Shown here: positions 21,105-31,365 of the stretch, piece after piece
How positions within the stretch are numbered: the stretch's first letter is position 1
Layout of the letters: the number at the start of each line of letters is the position of its first letter
Origin: Sedimentisphaerales bacterium
GTDB taxonomy: Bacteria; Planctomycetota; Phycisphaerae; Sedimentisphaerales; SM23-30
Length of the DNA stretch: 64,000 bases
Direction: 5' to 3' (one strand)
Assembly (NCBI GenBank): GCA_963666285.1
Contig: OY762711.1
Notes under the pieces: model-generated
Databases searched by the model: none
What the model saw: the letters and a program-made list of their open reading frames with translations, nothing else
Told to the model about the DNA's origin: nothing
Program-made: the position numbers and the translations under genes

Positions 21105-22583
21105 ATGGAAAGAGTTTTATTTAACATTACCAGAGAATTCACAGGATTAACTATATTCCTGACAACTTTTGTTGCCGGAATTCTACTGGTTCTGATTACT
21201 AAACATGTTTGTAGTAATCTTGGAATTACAGATCAACCTGATGGAAAATTAAAAGTCCATAATCGAAAAGTCGTTTCACTGGGGGGAATACCTATTTTTC
21301 TCTCGATTTTGATCACCTATATTTTAATGGTAAACTATACCGATATACGTGTTAACGATGCCGGCGGATTTTTTATCTCAGCTCTTATTATTCTTGGGCT
21401 CGGTATTTATGACGATATTTTCCAGATCAGGCCTTTCACTAAATTATGTTTCCAGATATGTGCCGCTTTGACTTTTATATTCTTAAGTACACCTTTCTTT
21501 AATATCGACTTCTTCGGAATATTCGATGTTACCTGTGGTGCTTTTGCTATACCCCTGGCACTGTTCTGGCTCGTTGGAAGCTGTAATGCTTTTAACTTCA
21601 TCGACGGCATGGACGGACTCGCTGCCGGGGTGAGCCTGATCATTTGTGTCTCCCTTACTGTTGCCGGTTTTATTACCGGGAATATTGCTGATGCCATGAT
21701 CGCTGCTTCACTTGCCGGTGCTCTGGCGGCTATTCTTGTTTTCAATTATAACCCGGCTTCCATCTTCCTCGGTGATTCCGGTTCTCAGCTTACCGGGATG
21801 CTCATTGGCATACTCAGTATTAGAATCTTAACTACGAATAATACTTTCATGCTGCCCGTTGCTTATACTATCTTAAGCCTGCCGGTACTTGATACTTTCC
21901 TTTGTATCCTGCGAAGGGTCAGTACTTTCAGACCTGTCTACCAGGGTGACCTCTCTCATATTCACCATAGGATCAGGGCCAAAGGGTACAGTATCAAAAA
22001 ATCCGTCGCTATCTTATGGGTAGTAACTGCGGTTGGATGTGTTATCTCGATTAACTCGTTCTATACCGATAAATACGTCTCTTTCGCTTCAAGCTCTATT
22101 TACCTGTTAATATGTTTTGCCCTGGCTGTTAATATCGGCTGTATGTCAATTCATAAACTGCTGTACAGATGGCGTATAAATATCAAGTCTGCAACAACAG
22201 TCGACCGCTTTGATGAAATTGAAGCTCTATGGGAAAGAATGAAACCGCTCTTTGCTAAAATCAGACTCGACCGCGCTGTCTTGACTTTGGAAGGTGTTAA
22301 TTCCAGCGGCAGACCTGAATACAAAACTCTGCAATGGGTAAGAAACGCAAACTTCAACAGCGATTTCCCCAGCGACTGCTGGACTACTAAATTCTACCTT
22401 GATAAGGAAGAAAGAGAAATGGTTATCCTCCAACTTGAAACTCTCGAAAAAAATTACAAAGACGAACAGAGAGTCAACTGGCTGCTTAACAGAATTAGTG
22501 ACAATATGAGAATGGCTAACAACCAGAAAAAAATCGTTCTCGAAGAAAAAGAAGATACTTTCTCACTAACTATTACAGATTAA
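21105..22583 (+). CDS. WecA/MraY-family polyprenyl-phosphate HexNAc-1-P transferase with C-terminal extension
   Basis: GIYDD, NAFNFIDGMDGL, FLGDSGS and HIHH motifs. Confidence 0.88.
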   Translation: MERVLFNITREFTGLTIFLTTFVAGILLVLITKHVCSNLGITDQPDGKLKVHNRKVVSLGGIPIFLSILITYILMVNYTDIRVNDAGGFFISALIILGLGIYDDIFQIRPFTKLCFQICAALTFIFLSTPFFNIDFFGIFDVTCGAFAIPLALFWLVGSCNAFNFIDGMDGLAAGVSLIICVSLTVAGFITGNIADAMIAASLAGALAAILVFNYNPASIFLGDSGSQLTGMLIGILSIRILTTNNTFMLPVAYTILSLPVLDTFLCILRRVSTFRPVYQGDLSHIHHRIRAKGYSIKKSVAILWVVTAVGCVISINSFYTDKYVSFASSSIYLLICFALAVNIGCMSIHKLLYRWRINIKSATTVDRFDEIEALWERMKPLFAKIRLDRAVLTLEGVNSSGRPEYKTLQWVRNANFNSDFPSDCWTTKFYLDKEEREMVILQLETLEKNYKDEQRVNWLLNRISDNMRMANNQKKIVLEEKEDTFSLTITD

Positions 22584-22644
22584 AAGGAAAACAACCAACT
22601 GCGAAAGCCGATGCTTTCCGGTAGGGAGATAAATCTCATACTTT

Positions 22645-22690
22645 AGCCGTGGTATTTACTAGTGCACTATAATATCACGGCTGATTTTTT
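22645..22690 (+). terminator. Probable intrinsic terminator of the wza-wzc-wecA unit
   Basis: AGCCGTGGTATT...AATATCACGGCT followed by GATTTTTT. Confidence 0.6.
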
Positions 22691-22964
22691 GATCTCATCT
22701 TTGACGGGATGTCATTAACAGACTAACCAAAACTGCTTCTACTTTTACTATTTCACTCAAAGCGACCGTTTTACACTATATTTTGTTCTAACACATTTAA
22801 TGGATTTTGTGTTATGTTATAGTTTCACGACGCGAAATCTTTAAAATTAGGTCACGAAGTGACACCTTCTTTACACTTTTTATTTTACTCTTTACACTTT
22901 TTATCTCTGCCGCATTCCCTGCCTGGTACCAAATACCTCTCAAAAGGACAATCGGCCAGTTTGA

Positions 22965-23537
22965 TTATTTTAACTTATTCAGCAGCCATCCGATATTTTC
23001 GCCCAGGTTACGCATTGTTGTGCAGCCTTCCTGATCGTTTCGAACATCACCGGGATTCATTCCGATTCCGATATTCCAGTATGTTGAACCTACCACGATC
23101 ATCTGGCCTATCAGAAAGAAATGGTTCATTGTGTCAAACGCATGAATACCACCGGCTCGCCTGACCGCTACTACCGCAGCTCCGATCTTTCTGGCAAACA
23201 AATCGCCATGTGCTCGCGATACCACCCCGGCTCTGTCTATCAAAGCCTTCATCTCGGTGGTAACATCGGCAAAATATGTCGGCGAACCAAGAACTATAGC
23301 ATCTGCCGTTATCATTTTCTCAATACATTCATTGACAAAATCTGAATCGATAACACATTTATGACCTTCCAGCTGACGGCATTGACGGCAACCGGTACAA
23401 CCCCTGACCGACTTGCCGCCGATATGGACTAGCTCGGTCTCTATCCCCTGCGAAGCAAGCGGCTCCAAAACCATCTCCAGCATATTTGCCGTATTGCCTT
23501 CTCGACGCGGACTACCATTAATTGCCAGGACTTTCAT
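22965..23537 (-). CDS. Iron-sulfur flavoprotein / flavodoxin-fold protein
   Basis: INGSPRREGNT, CTGCRQC...C, GSPTYF motifs. Confidence 0.9.
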   Translation of the reverse strand: MKVLAINGSPRREGNTANMLEMVLEPLASQGIETELVHIGGKSVRGCTGCRQCRQLEGHKCVIDSDFVNECIEKMITADAIVLGSPTYFADVTTEMKALIDRAGVVSRAHGDLFARKIGAAVVAVRRAGGIHAFDTMNHFFLIGQMIVVGSTYWNIGIGMNPGDVRNDQEGCTTMRNLGENIGWLLNKLK

Positions 23538-23594
23538 ATTCTTACCTCAGATTCGTTCTTCTTTATCCGGTTGAATAACAGTTAAAACGCAATG

Positions 23595-23628
23595 AAAAAG
23601 CCGAAAGCATTTAAAATACCTTCGGCTT
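23595..23628 (-). terminator. Probable terminator after the DUF3467-like gene
   Basis: AAGCCGAA...TTCGGCTT stem with a T-run on the minus strand. Confidence 0.5.
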
Positions 23629-23692
23629 AATATTTCATTTGGATTATTCCATCACAGATGAATAACCCTGCTAAAAGAAATAGTCAGTTAAC

Positions 23693-24037
23693 TTATTTCT
23701 TTTCTTCTGCTGGGCTTAGTCTTCTCTGAACATTCAGCTCGATTACGCCGAAATTCTGCTCATGACGCATAATTGTCTGCTGCAGAGCTGCAAGAAGTCT
23801 TTTAGCTGTGAAATGGTTCAAAACCAGACGCTGGTCAATCTTTACGGTCTGATCAACGCGGGCAAATGGATTTGGATTCAATGCAAAATCAATCAATACT
23901 TCTTCAGGAGTACCTGTTACACGGCAGAAGTTTGAGTAAGAAGCCTCAACTGTTGAATCATCCAGAGTAATTTTTACCTGACCTTCAGCAGGTTTTTCAG
24001 TCACTTTACCTTCATTTTTTTTAGCATCATCTGCCAT
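23693..24037 (-). CDS. DUF3467-like conserved protein
   Basis: YSNFCRVTGTPEEVLIDF...TAKRLL...HEQNFG. Confidence 0.75.
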   Translation of the reverse strand: MADDAKKNEGKVTEKPAEGQVKITLDDSTVEASYSNFCRVTGTPEEVLIDFALNPNPFARVDQTVKIDQRLVLNHFTAKRLLAALQQTIMRHEQNFGVIELNVQRRLSPAEEKK

Positions 24038-24753
24038 AGATCATTTCCTTTCAAAAAAGTAAAATCATAAGTTTTATGCTTGTCTCGTAATTATCAGCAT
24101 TAATATTTCAGATTGACCATTCTCTCAAAATAGCGCAATCTGTCAAGTAAAAAAGGCTTGTTTTTTTGACCGACAAATATAAATGCTTAAAAACAAACAC
24201 CTTACGAAAGTTCGACAAAAACTAACAGGTAGTACCTTTTTCGCTCCTGCTATGTCACAACATTCCCCCTCCTCCTGCACTGCGACATCTTACTATACTA
24301 ATACTGCCCGTGTAAGATTTGAGCATTCCTATATGAGAATTAATTCAAATTTAATCCTAACCAAACAAATTATATCTATAATCCGGTCGTTTAAGAGCAA
24401 GAAGAGAAAGTATATCTCAGCCTTAGCAACAGTTGAAATTGCAATATGGATACAAAGAGAAAGTTGAAAATCTGTTTTTACTGTAGCCGCCCTGCCCAAT
24501 AATTCAAGGCTGAATAACCAAACAAATATCTAGTGAATTTGATATCTGTTTTGTCTTAGGGATTTTTTGACAAAATAGTTGGTCGCGATGTATGTGTGCG
24601 CACATATATCAACAAAACAGTAATCCAAAACCATTAAAAGCAAGGAGAAGATATGAAATAAACACTGGATACGAAAAATTAAACTGAGTTTCACATCAAA
24701 TTATGAGAAGTTAATATTTTTATTCACAAACTTATTTAACTAGGAAACAAAAT

Positions 24754-27336
24754 ATGAATACAACACTATCAAAAAAAATCGCTATTATTGTACCCCTCGC
24801 GGCCATGTTTATTACCGCATCAATTATCAACGCTGCTACCTGGACCGGTGCCGGCGATGGCTACACCTGGAATATTGCTGAAAACTGGGACCCTGCCGCT
24901 GTCCCGGACTCTTCCGCTGAAGTTATTATTAACGGAGATTCAGTCGTTGGTGTTCCGTCAGGCAATTTTGAAAGAAACGGTAATACAATTCTATCTGACA
25001 ATGCCCAACTTTCCGTTGTTAACGGCAGATTCCTCCAGGGCCAGAGCGCTTGTACTTTCACTATCTCTGACAATGCTGTTCTTAACTCTAAAGGTGACTA
25101 TTTTATCGTTGCCCGTAATGCCGTCTGCGAATTCAACCAGGTCGGCGGTACACTTAACCTCAACCTCAACCGCGGGTTCTTTATGACCGACAGTAACGGT
25201 GCCGACGGCAGCTCTTATAATCTGAGCAGCGGCATACTGAACGTCAACTTTATTTACACCCAGAACGATTGGAACGCTGATTTCCCCGGGCATAACGGGC
25301 ATAGCGGAAACTTCAATATCACCGGCGGTATCGCAAACTTCACCAACAACTCTACCCGAACTGACTTCGACCGCGACGTTTGGGTCAGGTACGATTCCGT
25401 TGTTACCGTTGATGGCGGTGTGATGAGCTTTGAAGACTTCGCTTCCTTTGTTATCGGTAGAGATGGATACGGCGAAGCAATGGTTGTTGTCAATAACGGA
25501 ACTCTTAATATCGCTCCTACCAGTGATGTTATCGTCGGTGGTGCTAACGGGCTCAACGGCGAAGAATACAGAACCAACACCGGCAGACTGGTTATTAACG
25601 GTGGTAACCTCAATATAACTTCCGGAACCGGGCTGATAATTGGCGGCGAAGACAATTCTGCCGGCGGGTTCGTTGACCAGAATGGCGGCGAAGTTTTCGT
25701 TAACGGTTCTATCATACTTGGTGACTCGGCAACCGCTGTCGACAGCTGCTATGCCATGAACGGCGGATCTCTTATCGCTTCTGAAATCGTCCTGAGCGAA
25801 AATGCCGACCCTTCTGTCAAATTCTATTTCAATATCGGTCAGATCACTCTCGCCGGTGACCAGACTGCTCTGGCAAATGCTTCCTGGTTTGTCGCCCAGG
25901 AAGGTACTGCCTTCAGCTATGATGAATCGACAGATACTACAACCATCGCGAGAATTCCTTACGCTCACAACCCTATACCTGCCAACGGTTCAACAAACTA
26001 CGGCACTCCGGTTGACGGCGGTCTGGAAGTCTCTCTTTCATGGAATACCGGTATGGCCGCTGACGCAGCACACGCCGGTCAGCCTAACCCTGATATCGTC
26101 AGCCACAAACTTTACCTCAGGGCAGAAAACGACCCTAACCAGGTATTCACCATTACCGCTGACGGCAGTAGTTCCGTACAGTACGGTCCGTTTACTCTGG
26201 ACTATGACAAAACCTACTACTGGCACGTTGACGAAATTACTAACGAACCTAATACTATCATCGGTGATACCTGGAAATTCTCTACCCCGGCGGCTGTTCC
26301 TGTTATCACTTCAATTTCGCCTCTGGAAGCTATGTTCGCCGAAGGTGATTCTGTTACCCTGACCGCTCAATACAGTACTGTTTCAGATGTCTCTGCTGTT
26401 AAGTGGTTCTTTGAGGATACTCTCATTGACAGTTCCGATACAAACATTGACATCTCCTTCGATAACAATACTAGCACCCTGACAATCACGAATTTCTCTA
26501 ATAATTATATTGGCAGCTACTATTGTATCGCAACTAATACCGGTGGCGATTCTGCTCCTTCTGAAACCGCGGTTATTGAAATGAAAAAACTTATCGCATG
26601 GTATGAGTTCAACGATAACCTCACAGACTCTGTCGGTGATTTCGATGGTTCTACTGATGCTGCTGTCGAATATGTTACTGACGGCTATTCCGGATCTGCT
26701 CTCAGCCTGACTGCTGCCGACCAGGCGGTTGTCTCTATACCGCGATCTATCCAGGATAGCTTCTCGATTGCATTCTGGGTCAAAACAGAATCAAATAGTA
26801 TTACTTCTTACTGGTACTCCGGTATCGGTCTTGTAGACGGTGAAATGTCTGGCAATACCAATGACTTCGGTACCGCTATTTGCGGCGGCAAGTTTACTTT
26901 CGGCGTTGGCAACAGTGACACCCACCTGCTTTCAACTTCAAACATAAATGATAACAGCTGGCATTATTGCGTTGCAACTCGCGATGCCGATACCGGTGAA
27001 ATGACTGTTTATGTAGATGGTGAAATGGAAGGTACCACCAGCGGTCCTGCCGGCGAGAAAGCGGCTCCGCCGACATTAGTTCTTGGCAAGATCAGAAGCA
27101 ACGACAGCGACCTGTTCCTGGACGGACTGCTTGACGAAGTCAAACTATACAACTATGTTCTGGACGAAATTACCATTGCTGATAATTTCTACTCTATTAC
27201 CGGCATTACCCCTTGCGTCACTTCCAGAAGGCCAAGTGCCAAATACGACCTCAACAATGACTGCGTAGTCGATATACTTGATTTCGCTATCATCGCTGAA
27301 AACTGGATGAATACCGGCATGTATCCTTCAAACTAA
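24754..27336 (+). CDS. Secreted multidomain protein: Gly/Asn-rich beta-repeat region, Ig-like domain, LamG domain, dockerin-like C-terminus
   Basis: Signal peptide; YYWHVDE; GSYYC; FSIAFWVK..WHY..LDEVKLYN; DLNNDCVVDILDF..AENW. Confidence 0.8.
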   Translation: MNTTLSKKIAIIVPLAAMFITASIINAATWTGAGDGYTWNIAENWDPAAVPDSSAEVIINGDSVVGVPSGNFERNGNTILSDNAQLSVVNGRFLQGQSACTFTISDNAVLNSKGDYFIVARNAVCEFNQVGGTLNLNLNRGFFMTDSNGADGSSYNLSSGILNVNFIYTQNDWNADFPGHNGHSGNFNITGGIANFTNNSTRTDFDRDVWVRYDSVVTVDGGVMSFEDFASFVIGRDGYGEAMVVVNNGTLNIAPTSDVIVGGANGLNGEEYRTNTGRLVINGGNLNITSGTGLIIGGEDNSAGGFVDQNGGEVFVNGSIILGDSATAVDSCYAMNGGSLIASEIVLSENADPSVKFYFNIGQITLAGDQTALANASWFVAQEGTAFSYDESTDTTTIARIPYAHNPIPANGSTNYGTPVDGGLEVSLSWNTGMAADAAHAGQPNPDIVSHKLYLRAENDPNQVFTITADGSSSVQYGPFTLDYDKTYYWHVDEITNEPNTIIGDTWKFSTPAAVPVITSISPLEAMFAEGDSVTLTAQYSTVSDVSAVKWFFEDTLIDSSDTNIDISFDNNTSTLTITNFSNNYIGSYYCIATNTGGDSAPSETAVIEMKKLIAWYEFNDNLTDSVGDFDGSTDAAVEYVTDGYSGSALSLTAADQAVVSIPRSIQDSFSIAFWVKTESNSITSYWYSGIGLVDGEMSGNTNDFGTAICGGKFTFGVGNSDTHLLSTSNINDNSWHYCVATRDADTGEMTVYVDGEMEGTTSGPAGEKAAPPTLVLGKIRSNDSDLFLDGLLDEVKLYNYVLDEITIADNFYSITGITPCVTSRRPSAKYDLNNDCVVDILDFAIIAENWMNTGMYPSN

Positions 27337-27360
27337 CCGGTAAATCAGTACTAATAATTC

Positions 27361-27393
27361 AAAAGGGGACGGCAGAAATGTCGTCCCCTTTTT
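27361..27393. terminator. Bidirectional intrinsic terminator between convergent genes
   Basis: AAAAGGGGACGGCA-GAAA-TGTCGTCCCCTTTTT. Confidence 0.8.
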
Positions 27394-27441
27394 ATCTTAT
27401 CGTTTTTCATACTTATCAAACTGACCATCGGTCTGCTTGAG

Positions 27442-28530
27442 TTAGTAACTATCATCAAATTTACGCTTATTATTTGATCGGATGAATTTCTTCACCTTTT
27501 TCATGCCGCCATAATCGCTGAACATATCATTGAGCTTAACTTTTTCTATCTGTTTCGCGTTAAGTCCGGCATAACGGGCCTCTTTATGTAGCTTCTGATA
27601 GTTTGCAAATCTGCGTTCATCAAGCTCACCGCTTTCAATTGACGCTCGTATCGCACAGCCCGGCTCACTGCCATGAGAACAATCACTAAACCGGCACCGG
27701 CCGATCAGCTCTTCAATATCGCCAAACGAACGTGATAAATCTACTGACTCAACAGCAAATTCGCGCATGCCCGGCGTATCTATTACTATCCCGCCATTCG
27801 GCAGCACCAGCAGTTCCCGTTTTGTCGAGGTGTGCCGGCCTTTATCGTCCTGACGAATCTCAGACGTTGCCAGCAGCTCCTTACCGGCCAGGCAATTAAT
27901 CAATGTCGATTTACCGACACCAGACGAACCGATAAACGAGGCCGTCTTGCCCTCTTGCAGAAATGACAGCAGCTGGCTATAGGACGATTCATCGTAGCTG
28001 GAAACGGTTACAATATCTGCGCCCAGTACCACATCTGAAACTTCCGCGACAACCTCAGGCAGATTATCACACAAATCTGATTTCGTCAGCACCACTACCG
28101 GCGTAGCACTGCTATCCCACGCCGCCGACAAAAAACGCTCTAAACGGCTTAAGTTATAATCGTTGTTCAGCGACATACAGATAAAAATTATATCTATATT
28201 CGAGGCTACTACCTGCCTCTGGCTGCCTTTTCCGGCCGCGATACGCTCAAACGAACTTTTTCGAAGCAGAACTTCATGAATGATAAGATTACTGTTATTA
28301 TCATTACTATTGCCGAGCATTACAAAATCGCCGACTACCGGAAAATCTGAAACATCGCGGGCTTCAAATCGAAACTTACCCGATACTTCTGCCAGGCATT
28401 CTCCCTGTTCTGTTACTACTTCATAAAGGTCGCGATGCTGAGATATTACTCGACCGGCGACTAAATCAGGATATTGTGCCGCCTGATCGGCAAATCGGCC
28501 GCTAAAACCGTATCTTTCTAAATTCTTCAA
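27442..28530 (-). CDS. rsgA: Ribosome small subunit-dependent GTPase RsgA family
   Basis: Circularly permuted G motifs TKSD, GSSGVGKST, GRHTST, DTPG; CRFSDCSH..EPGC zinc finger; GGAGG SD before TTG. Confidence 0.92.
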   Translation of the reverse strand: MKNLERYGFSGRFADQAAQYPDLVAGRVISQHRDLYEVVTEQGECLAEVSGKFRFEARDVSDFPVVGDFVMLGNSNDNNSNLIIHEVLLRKSSFERIAAGKGSQRQVVASNIDIIFICMSLNNDYNLSRLERFLSAAWDSSATPVVVLTKSDLCDNLPEVVAEVSDVVLGADIVTVSSYDESSYSQLLSFLQEGKTASFIGSSGVGKSTLINCLAGKELLATSEIRQDDKGRHTSTKRELLVLPNGGIVIDTPGMREFAVESVDLSRSFGDIEELIGRCRFSDCSHGSEPGCAIRASIESGELDERRFANYQKLHKEARYAGLNAKQIEKVKLNDMFSDYGGMKKVKKFIRSNNKRKFDDSY

Positions 28531-28625
28531 TTATTTAATCCTCCGAATTTATATATCTTTATTGGTACCGGATCAATCATACCGGCATATATATACAAAC
28601 ATGGGGAGGTATATCATGCAGAATG

Positions 28626-28682
28626 CTATACACATACCTCCATGTGCAGCACAATCTCCATTTCGTTTATTGTTCTATTCAT
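28626..28682 (-). CDS. Putative 18-aa leader peptide MNRTINEMEIVLHMEVCV (rsgA attenuator uORF)
   Basis: AAGGAG SD upstream; the ORF 3' end overlaps the 5' arm of a terminator-like hairpin. Confidence 0.55.
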   Translation of the reverse strand: MNRTINEMEIVLHMEVCV

Positions 28683-28932
28683 AATAATTTTTCTCCTTAT
28701 TCTATCTTTGGATTACGCTATAAGGTTCGCAATCCGAACCCTTTAAAATATGGTCCTGTACCGTACAGTGCAGAACACCTTCTTTACACTTTTTATTTTA
28801 CACTTTACTCTTTTCACTGGTCAGCTTGAATCCTCAGATTCAGTCTTATATCATATTCCCGCACCTTATTCAAGACAATTACACCTCAAAACCAAAAGTA
28901 CCTTAATTAAAGGGGTCCGTCCCCTTTTATTC

Positions 28933-29133
28933 TTATCCCATGAATTTCATAATAGAATATACGGTGCTGATGACTATAAGTAGAAACCCTGCTATTCTCA
29001 GTTTTTTGATATGTCTTTCTAAGGATTCCGGCCAGACACCTGCATTAACTAATATTTGTGGAACAAAAATGCAAAAGACTGCAATGGTGTAAAGGATCAT
29101 GGTAACGATATTTTTAACAATTAGTTCTATCAA
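28933..29133 (-). CDS. Small hypothetical membrane protein
   Basis: Two hydrophobic segments; GAGGAG SD upstream. Confidence 0.55.
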   Translation of the reverse strand: MIELIVKNIVTMILYTIAVFCIFVPQILVNAGVWPESLERHIKKLRIAGFLLIVISTVYSIMKFMG

Positions 29134-29194
29134 GGTTAACTCCTCTTATGTTTTAGTTAGGAAAAAAGGGGTCCGTCATGCCCCGTAGAAAAGC

Positions 29195-29695
29195 TTAAAA
29201 TATTTTCGGTCTTCGTCTCCTAAATTCCTTCGGAACATACTCCACTTCACTTCTCAAATACATCTTCCATCTTCCCTTCTCATTTTTCCAGCAAAACACC
29301 CCTAACTCTTCACTGTAACACCAGACTATATCATCCTTCAAATTATCTCCATCCCACATAAACCAGGTCGTACACATCATATTAAAATCATACTTACCAT
29401 TCCAATATTTATACACCTCTTTTCCAGTCTTAACATCAACAATCGTAAAATAATAATTCGAATTATCAAGAAAAATCTCTAGCCTGTACTTACCGGATGG
29501 CGACACTGCACCATGTCCTATTGTTGATTCGTACTCATATTCAGCTTCATATGATATCAATTGTTCAATGCGTTCTCTTTGCATCTTTCTTTCAAATATT
29601 AATGCTACTTGATTTCCAAAGATAAGTATTATTAACGATGCTGCTAACACATAAAATATAATTGTCGGCACCAAATGCTTCTTCATTATAAACAA
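29195..29695 (-). CDS. Hypothetical protein with N-terminal membrane anchor
   Basis: AT-rich 166-aa ORF with a TM segment and aromatic-rich beta region (SPSGKY). Confidence 0.6.
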   Translation of the reverse strand: MFIMKKHLVPTIIFYVLAASLIILIFGNQVALIFERKMQRERIEQLISYEAEYEYESTIGHGAVSPSGKYRLEIFLDNSNYYFTIVDVKTGKEVYKYWNGKYDFNMMCTTWFMWDGDNLKDDIVWCYSEELGVFCWKNEKGRWKMYLRSEVEYVPKEFRRRRPKIF

Positions 29696-30044
29696 CTCTC
29701 TTAATTAAACAGCCCGTACCATTTTTTTTATTCATAACTCATTTCTAAATTACTCAAACTGACCGAGCAGAATCTACATATTATTGTAACATGTTTTTAG
29801 GCAATACATTAAGCTCAAATTTAAATTAGTCTGCCGCCTGCCCTGAGTTCATCGAAGGGCAGCGGCTTTCCTCCCCTTATCCCTTATCTCTTATCCCTCT
29901 CAAACTAACCATTGTTCAGTTTGAGTAAATTATACAGTTTATGGTTTATTTGTCCCAACTTTTAAATAAAATATTAGCTGAACCTCATTATTGCTTTACT
30001 GCCAATATATACTGTACCCAAATACAGCCCAGGTTAACTCGAAT

Positions 30045-31190
30045 ATGAACCCTGATTCTGTCTTTGACAATGTGATTATTTGCGACCAGGACATCGAACT
30101 CGATAAGATGCTCGCTGCCATGCCCGGCAAACCCGGCATATGCCTGCTCTGCGCCCACGGCGACAAGCCCATCCTGCTGCTGCACGGATCAAATATAAGA
30201 CTTATCGTCAAACGCAGACTCGAACAAACCGCTGAAGACGGCAAAACCAAAAAGGCAAATCTCAGACCGCTTATCACAAAACTATATTTCAAAAACAGTT
30301 ATAGTAAGTTCGAAACCCAGCTCGATTATTTCGATGCTGCCCAAAAAATTTACCCCGCCAGCTGGAAAAACCTGTTCCCCAGGCTTAGCTCATGGTACCT
30401 ACTGCTCGACCGCTCCAACACCGTTCCGGTATTCAAAACCGTCAAAAAATATGAGCCCCAAAAAGGACCGCACTGGGGACCGTTCGCCACCAAGGTCAAT
30501 GCCGAACGAATGCTGGAGGCCGTTATTGTCATCCACAAACTTTGCCGATGTGCCGCAAACCTGCTCACCGCTCCCAACGCCACCCCATGCAGCTACGCTC
30601 AGATGGACCTATGCCTCAGGGTTTGTGATGGTACTACCAGCATCGAACTATATAACAACACGATAGAAAAAGCTATTTACTTCCTCAACGAACCTGTCCA
30701 GGTATCTCTCGAATCTATGGAAGAACAGATCAGGCAATATTCCATCCAGCTCGAATTTGAAAAAGCTGAAAAAATGCATCGCATCGCTTCCGAATGCAAA
30801 AAAATCGCCGGCAAGGCATACAAGTGGATCGGTCCTATGCAAAATTTCCAGATCATCAGCTTCCAGCCAGGCCCGAAATTCAAAGCTGAAACCCGCGGCA
30901 AAAAAACTGGCATAAGCCCCGTCATAATATCCTCCACCGGCGGCATAACCAGGCTTGAACCTTTCCCTGTTTCCCTGGCTGATGAAAAATGCAAAGATAT
31001 CCTGCAATCTATCCGCAGCAGTAGCCAAAAGTCCGATAATACTACCCTCTCCCATCAGCAGCAGTATATGCTCGCATGGATCACCCAGCTCATCAGTACA
31101 TCCAATAAACAGCAAGGCATATTCGTAAAAGTTTCCGACAGCTTATCGGCCCTTAACATCACCGAGCAAATCAAATCACATTTTGCCTGA
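30045..31190 (+). CDS. UvrC N-terminal-like protein (degenerate GIY-YIG, Cys cluster, UVR domain)
   Basis: PGKPGICLL, WGPF, C..C/CLRVC cluster, LEFEKA UVR motif; no C-terminal nuclease or HhH domains. Confidence 0.7.
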   Translation: MNPDSVFDNVIICDQDIELDKMLAAMPGKPGICLLCAHGDKPILLLHGSNIRLIVKRRLEQTAEDGKTKKANLRPLITKLYFKNSYSKFETQLDYFDAAQKIYPASWKNLFPRLSSWYLLLDRSNTVPVFKTVKKYEPQKGPHWGPFATKVNAERMLEAVIVIHKLCRCAANLLTAPNATPCSYAQMDLCLRVCDGTTSIELYNNTIEKAIYFLNEPVQVSLESMEEQIRQYSIQLEFEKAEKMHRIASECKKIAGKAYKWIGPMQNFQIISFQPGPKFKAETRGKKTGISPVIISSTGGITRLEPFPVSLADEKCKDILQSIRSSSQKSDNTTLSHQQQYMLAWITQLISTSNKQQGIFVKVSDSLSALNITEQIKSHFA

Positions 31191-31239
31191 TACCTGATAA
31201 CCTGAACCCTATCAATCGCCCCAGAAACAACTTAAAGCT

Positions 31240-31365
31240 TCTAACCTCCCTCTTCTATTGTTTTCATCCCTCTTACTTCTTACTTCTTACCTTTCCCCTC
31301 TTACTTCTCTCTTCTCCCTTCTCTCTTTTCTCTTTTCTCTTTTCTCTTCTCTCTTTTCTAACTTT
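31240..31365 (+). repeat. Degenerate pyrimidine-rich heptamer tandem repeat
   Basis: CTTACTT / CTCTTTT units with period 7. Confidence 0.7.
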
